Assembly: GCA_965662235.1 (NCBI GenBank) | Contig: CBFIGY010000006.1 | Coordinates: forward strand, 1 to 64,000 | Direction: 5' to 3' | DNA length: 64,000 nt | DNA from: an uncultured bacterium | GTDB taxonomy: Bacteria > SAR324 > NAC60-12 | Shown here: piece after piece, positions 59,675 through 64,000 of the stretch | Layout of the letters: each line of letters begins with the position of its first letter | How positions within the stretch are numbered: position 1 is the stretch's first letter | Notes under the pieces: model-generated | Databases searched by the model: none | What the model was told of the DNA's origin: nothing | What the model saw: only the letters and a program-made list of their open reading frames with translations | Made by a program: the position numbers and the translations under genes

Positions 59675-60580
59675 TTAGATCAGGAAATTGTCAACGACCA
59701 GGGCGATCGCAATCAGAGGTAGGTAAATGATGGAAATCAAAAACACCGATCGGGCCTTTGCCACAGTCGGCTGATGCCAGAACCAGAGGGAGCCTGCGAG
59801 GAAGACACTTCCCAGCACCACTGCGCTCACCAGGTAAAACGTCTCTGCTTGCCCTGCCAGATTGAAGGTCAGACTGGCGGCCAGCAGGATGACGGTGTTG
59901 ATCACAATGTGACGCGCCGTCCGGACTCCCTGGTCGTCTCCCAGAGAGAGCATCCGGAACCCGCCCATTGCGTAGTCCTTGCGGAAGGCCCAAGCCAGCG
60001 CCAGGAAGTGCGGAAGTTGCCAGAAGTACATCAGCAGGAAGATGGGGAGCATCTGCCAGTTCATCTCCCCCTCTGCGGCCGCCCAGCCCATCAGGGGGGG
60101 GAGCGCTCCGGTCACGGCACCCATCCAGGTATTGAGGGCGGTCACCTGCTTGAGGGGCGTGTACAGCAACACATAGGAAGCAAGAGTCAGTCCGCCCAGG
60201 ATCGCGGTGAGCGAGTTCACGGTCAGACTCAGGTAAAGCAATCCCACCAGCATCAGTCCCACCCCAAAGCGCAGTGCCTCTTCAGAGCTCAGGCGTCCGG
60301 CTGGAAGAGGACGGTTTCGGGTCCGGGGCATCCGTCCATCCGGAATGCGCTCGTACCACTGGTTCAGGGCATGGGCCGCTGCGCCAACCAACGCAGTCCC
60401 AATCAACATGTGCAGCAGGGCCAGAGGCGCACCACTCTGAGGCGCCAGGCTGAAGCCCAGGGCAGCGCTGAGCAGCACCATCGCCAGCAGGCGAGGCTTG
60501 GTCAACGACCAGTAGTCAGCGAGTTTGTTCGTTTGCGGTGCAACGCCTTCTAGCGAGTAAGCTTTGGTCGGGGTGGGCAC
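59675..60580 (-). CDS. cyoE: Protoheme IX farnesyltransferase (heme o synthase)
   Basis: LTKPR, NQWYE..D..M.RT..RPL, YTPLK and WQLPHF. Confidence 0.93.
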   Translation of the reverse strand: MPTPTKAYSLEGVAPQTNKLADYWSLTKPRLLAMVLLSAALGFSLAPQSGAPLALLHMLIGTALVGAAAHALNQWYERIPDGRMPRTRNRPLPAGRLSSEEALRFGVGLMLVGLLYLSLTVNSLTAILGGLTLASYVLLYTPLKQVTALNTWMGAVTGALPPLMGWAAAEGEMNWQMLPIFLLMYFWQLPHFLALAWAFRKDYAMGGFRMLSLGDDQGVRTARHIVINTVILLAASLTFNLAGQAETFYLVSAVVLGSVFLAGSLWFWHQPTVAKARSVFLISIIYLPLIAIALVVDNFLI

Positions 60581-60776
60581 GGAGACGGCTCGTTGGGTTT
60601 TAAATCCTCTTGGAAAAAAGAGGTGATAAACAGCGCAAAAGCTAGCATAAACAGCTCCCTTACTGCAAGGGAAAAACTCACCCGCCCCCGGCCCTGACCT
60701 CTCCTCTGCGCCCGGCCTCCGCTTGCCCGCTTTCGTGATTTACGCCTTTCCCTGAAACGTCCTTACGAATCTCATC

Positions 60777-60805
60777 TTGAAATATACCCTATGGGGGTAT
60801 AGAGT
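60777..60805 (+). promoter_or_regulatory. copA sigma70 promoter overlapped by a CsoR-type operator
   Basis: TTGAAA-17 bp-TAGAGT; the spacer holds ATACCCTATGGGGGTAT (60784-60800). Confidence 0.8.
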
Positions 60806-60847
60806 GAAGGCCTGTTGACCATTACCGCAACAGGCCGTAAACCCATC

Positions 60848-63106
60848 ATGTTACTAACTGAAACTCCTCTTCCCTCCGCTGAAGAGGCTGAAGCTGACCA
60901 GGCCTGTGAACTCCGGGTTGGGGGCCTCCGTTGTGTGGGCTGTGTCAGTGCCGTTGAGAAGGCGCTTCAGGCGCTTCCTGGCGTGGAAGACGTTCAGGTG
61001 AACCTTACCCTAGGACGAGCCAAGGTCCATTACGCTCCCGAGTCGGTCGGCCCCAACGGTCTGGTGGACGCCATCCGGAACGCGGGCTACGAAGCGGAAC
61101 GCCTCACCGACGAGGCTCCGGAGGAAGACCCCGTCGACCTGGGTGAGCAGGAATACCACGCGCTCCGGAACAACACGCTCCTGGCCCTGAGCTTTGCGGT
61201 ACCAGTGGTGCTGCTGGCAATGCTCCCGATGGTCGGGGTCTCGTTTCCGGAGATGCTGTCTCCACAAGCCAATCCACAAACGTGGGGGGGACTGCAGCTG
61301 CTGCTGACGCTTCCGGTGCTGTGGGCCGGACGCTCCTTCTTCACCCGTGGGTGGCAATCGCTGCGTCACCGGGCACCGACCATGGACGCTCTGGTCATGA
61401 TCGGTTCAGGAGCTGCGGTTGCCCTCAGCACCTGGAACCTTTTGGTGGCTCCTGCAGAAGACCGCTTTTTTTATGAAACGGCTGCAGTGATCCTGGCGCT
61501 GATCCTGTTGGGCAAGATGCTGGAAACCCGAAGCCGCGCCCGTGCCTCTGAAGCAATCAGCGCACTGCTGCGCCTTCGTCCCAAGATGGCCACCCAGGTC
61601 CACAACGGGGAAGAATTCGCCATTGCCATCGACCAAGTGCACCCCGGAGATCTACTCAAGGTCCGGCCGGGCGAAATCATTCCGGCAGATGGGGTTGTGG
61701 TGGAAGGCGAGAGCCGTGTGGATGAGTCAATGCTCACCGGAGAGCCACTTCCAGTGCTGAAAGCTCCAGACAGTCCAGTCACCGGAGGCACCATCAACGA
61801 GCAGGGAGCCTTGACCTTTCGGGTCCTGCGTTCTGGAAGCCAAAGCACCCTGGCCCGGATCATCAAGATGGTGGAACAGGCGCAGCTCAGCAAGGCTCCC
61901 ATTGCGCGATTGGCCGACCAGGTCGCTGCTATTTTTGTTCCGGTGGTCCTGGTGATTGCTGCGCTGACGGCGCTTGTCTGGTGGAGCGTGGGCGCCTCGC
62001 AGGCAGAAATTCTCATCCACACCATTGCGGTGCTGGTCATTGCCTGTCCCTGTGCCCTAGGTCTGGCCACGCCCATCGCCATCCTGGTTTCTTCTGGCGT
62101 GGGCGCTCGTCATGGGATCCTCTTCCGGAATGCGCCGGCGCTGGAAGCCCTACACGCAGTGGACACCATTCTCTGTGACAAAACCGGCACCCTGACCGAA
62201 GGACGCCTGCAGCTGGTGGAAGCCACCCCAACACCCGGATTGCGAGGCGTGGAGCTGCTCAGGTGGGCGGCGGCTGTTGAGCAAAATTCGGAACACCCGT
62301 TGGGACGAGCCATTGTCAATGCTGCAAAGGGCCGGGGCCTTCCTTTGCCCCCGGTCACTGGATTTGAGGCTATCCGGGGGCACGGGGTCACCGCTCAGTT
62401 GGAGGGGGTGACGATCCAGATCGGGCATGCGGACTTCCTCCGGACCCTTGGCATCACCCCTCCGCCTCAGAGCCAGAATAAAATCGTTCCAGGGGCCATT
62501 CCGCTGGAGCTGGCCCGAGACGGTCAGTGGCAGGGAACGCTGTGGCTGGCGGATAAGATCCGTCCGGAAACGGCAGACGCGCTCGCGTCCTTCCGGGACG
62601 CCGGCATTGAAGTCGTGATGCTGACCGGAGACCGCTCTCCTGCCGTCCAAGCCGTTGCGGCTGAGCTTGGTCTGGATCACTACCACGCCGGGGTTCTGCC
62701 GGAGGAGAAGCCTCAGATTGCCCAGAAGTACCAAAGCAAAGGACGCCACGTGGCGATGATTGGCGATGGTGTCAACGACGCACCGGCGCTGGCTCAAGCC
62801 GATGTCGGAATCGCAATGGGGGCCGGCACCGATGTCGCCTTGGAAACCGCAGATGTGGTCCTCACCCAAAACGACCTTCGGCACGTTTCTGGAGCGATCC
62901 GGCTGAGCCGCACGACCCTCCGGAACATTCGGCAGAACCTGTTTTGGGCATTTGCCTACAACGTGGTTGGCATTCCGGTGGCTGCCGGCCTGCTCATTCC
63001 TTTTGGGGGGCCGGGACTGCACCCGATGTTTGCGGCCACCGCCATGGCGTTGAGCTCGGTCTCTGTCGTCCTCAACGCCCTTCGTCTCCGGACCTTCCGG
63101 CTGTAG
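60848..63106 (+). CDS. copA: Cu(I)-translocating P1B-type ATPase
   Basis: GLRCVGC heavy-metal-binding domain, TGEP, CPC, DKTGT, SEHP, GDGVND, YN and MALSS. Confidence 0.93.
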   Translation: MLLTETPLPSAEEAEADQACELRVGGLRCVGCVSAVEKALQALPGVEDVQVNLTLGRAKVHYAPESVGPNGLVDAIRNAGYEAERLTDEAPEEDPVDLGEQEYHALRNNTLLALSFAVPVVLLAMLPMVGVSFPEMLSPQANPQTWGGLQLLLTLPVLWAGRSFFTRGWQSLRHRAPTMDALVMIGSGAAVALSTWNLLVAPAEDRFFYETAAVILALILLGKMLETRSRARASEAISALLRLRPKMATQVHNGEEFAIAIDQVHPGDLLKVRPGEIIPADGVVVEGESRVDESMLTGEPLPVLKAPDSPVTGGTINEQGALTFRVLRSGSQSTLARIIKMVEQAQLSKAPIARLADQVAAIFVPVVLVIAALTALVWWSVGASQAEILIHTIAVLVIACPCALGLATPIAILVSSGVGARHGILFRNAPALEALHAVDTILCDKTGTLTEGRLQLVEATPTPGLRGVELLRWAAAVEQNSEHPLGRAIVNAAKGRGLPLPPVTGFEAIRGHGVTAQLEGVTIQIGHADFLRTLGITPPPQSQNKIVPGAIPLELARDGQWQGTLWLADKIRPETADALASFRDAGIEVVMLTGDRSPAVQAVAAELGLDHYHAGVLPEEKPQIAQKYQSKGRHVAMIGDGVNDAPALAQADVGIAMGAGTDVALETADVVLTQNDLRHVSGAIRLSRTTLRNIRQNLFWAFAYNVVGIPVAAGLLIPFGGPGLHPMFAATAMALSSVSVVLNALRLRTFRL

Positions 63107-63124
63107 GCCTTTTCGTCTCCCTGC

Positions 63125-63166
63125 CTCCGGAGGCCGATCGGTGCTTCCGGAGCCCCCCCTTTTTTT
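63125..63166 (+). terminator. Probable terminator after copA
   Basis: CTCCGGA...TCCGGAG stem followed by a C run and seven T. Confidence 0.55.
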
Positions 63167-63319
63167 CAAGTTTCCGCTTTCGGCTTGGTTCCCTCCGCCT
63201 CTGCCTCAGAGTCGGTTCCTGTTGTTCCCGGGTTGCGATTTTTTCCATGGAGTCCAATACTGGGAACTTCGTCAATTGGACAACCTCATTTTTAACCAAG
63301 CCGATGAGAGTGATTTTTT

Positions 63320-63862
63320 ATGGAGTACGTTCCCGGAGAACAATGGTACGTCGCCCGAATTCGGTCCAATGCGGAAAAGCTCGTGCTGCTGGGGTTGCAG
63401 CGGAAGCAGTTTGAGGTCCTCAATCCCACCTATCAGGTCCTGAGCAAGCGCCGGGATCGCAAGAAGATCCTGCTCCGCCCCATTTTTGTGGGGTACCTGT
63501 TCCTGCATGTAGAGCTGAATCCGGAACGGCACCTAGAGATCCTGAAAACCCAGGGCCTCATTGACCTGTTGCAGACCAGTCATGGCCCAACTCCGGTGCC
63601 GCCGGAGCAGATCGAAAACGTCCGTCTGCTGGAGCATCATGTGGGAGAACTCTTCCACACGCCTGCTTTTGAGGTCGGCGAAGAGGTCGTCGTCATCGAA
63701 GGGCCGCTCACCGGGCTACGCGGGATTGTCGACGAAGCAGACCGCCGCTTCCTGAGCATTCAGGTGGATTCGATTCCCGGGGCCATCAAGATCCAGGTCG
63801 ACCCAGCTCACGTTAAGCCGGTCAAACGGACCATCTATGAAACCGTTGCTGAGCGCTCATGA
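63320..63862 (+). CDS. NusG paralogue (UpxY/LoaP/RfaH-like antiterminator)
   Basis: NGN domain [12 protein letters not shown]...PIFVGYLF and KOW motif [21 protein letters not shown]; not in the secE-nusG-rplK context. Confidence 0.85.
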   Translation: MEYVPGEQWYVARIRSNAEKLVLLGLQRKQFEVLNPTYQVLSKRRDRKKILLRPIFVGYLFLHVELNPERHLEILKTQGLIDLLQTSHGPTPVPPEQIENVRLLEHHVGELFHTPAFEVGEEVVVIEGPLTGLRGIVDEADRRFLSIQVDSIPGAIKIQVDPAHVKPVKRTIYETVAERS

Positions 63863-64000
63863 CGCATCCGGTTCAGGAATTTTGTGCGCGGTTGGACCTG
63901 CGGGTTCCGCTGGTGCAGGCACCGATGGCCGGAGTTTCCACTCCGGAACTTGCCGCCGCCGTTTGTGAAGCCGGAGGCCTGGGATCTCTGGCGATAGGGG
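63859..64000 (+). CDS. Nitronate monooxygenase-family flavoprotein, N-terminus (runs off the window)
   Basis: [48 protein letters not shown] overlap with the upstream gene. Confidence 0.8.
   Translation, partial: MTHPVQEFCARLDLRVPLVQAPMAGVSTPELAAAVCEAGGLGSLAIG

Noticed and set aside
63175..63312. 6S RNA call for the structured leader
   Set aside because: The structured span (~140 nt) and closing stem look too short and I could not see conserved 6S motifs; left for an Rfam scan to settle.

Overview
GC-rich bacterial chromosomal segment. Gene content suggests a marine, deltaproteobacterial-type (SAR324-like) organism, but that is inference only. Contents in order: (1) 1-2147: 3' end of an NHL-repeat gene, an orphan helical protein and a ~560-bp non-coding gap. 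(2) ~2.1-16.2 kb: an uncharacterised LacI-regulated catabolic island with a metallophosphoesterase, MetE-like Zn enzyme, bicupin, four SnoaL/NTF2-like proteins, SDR, HisD/HpsN-like dehydrogenase, RraA-like aldolase and a sugar-type ABC transporter lacking an ATPase, plus two LacI-type operators in the divergent promoter. (3) ~16-55 kb: mostly housekeeping genes (gabD, biotin carboxylase, pyrD, meaB-scpA, proC, purA, pyk, rlmN, pyrB, ruvB, gmhB, tRNA-Gly, mltD, argB) with several odd architectures: a stand-alone CobN N-terminal domain, a PgsA-PssA-like fusion, a Cys-less homocysteine-methyltransferase fold and a GlnD-like protein with a coiled-coil insert. (4) 55-60.6 kb: an A-family heme-copper oxidase operon whose subunit I lacks the canonical K-channel Lys/Thr/Ser and has new membrane-embedded acidic and His residues. 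(5) copA with a CsoR-type operator, then a NusG paralogue preceded by a strongly structured leader. The palindrome TCCGGA is heavily over-represented across the window. No CRISPR array, integrase or intact transposase was seen. All alignments to reference proteins were made by eye from memory and all motif counts are hand counts.
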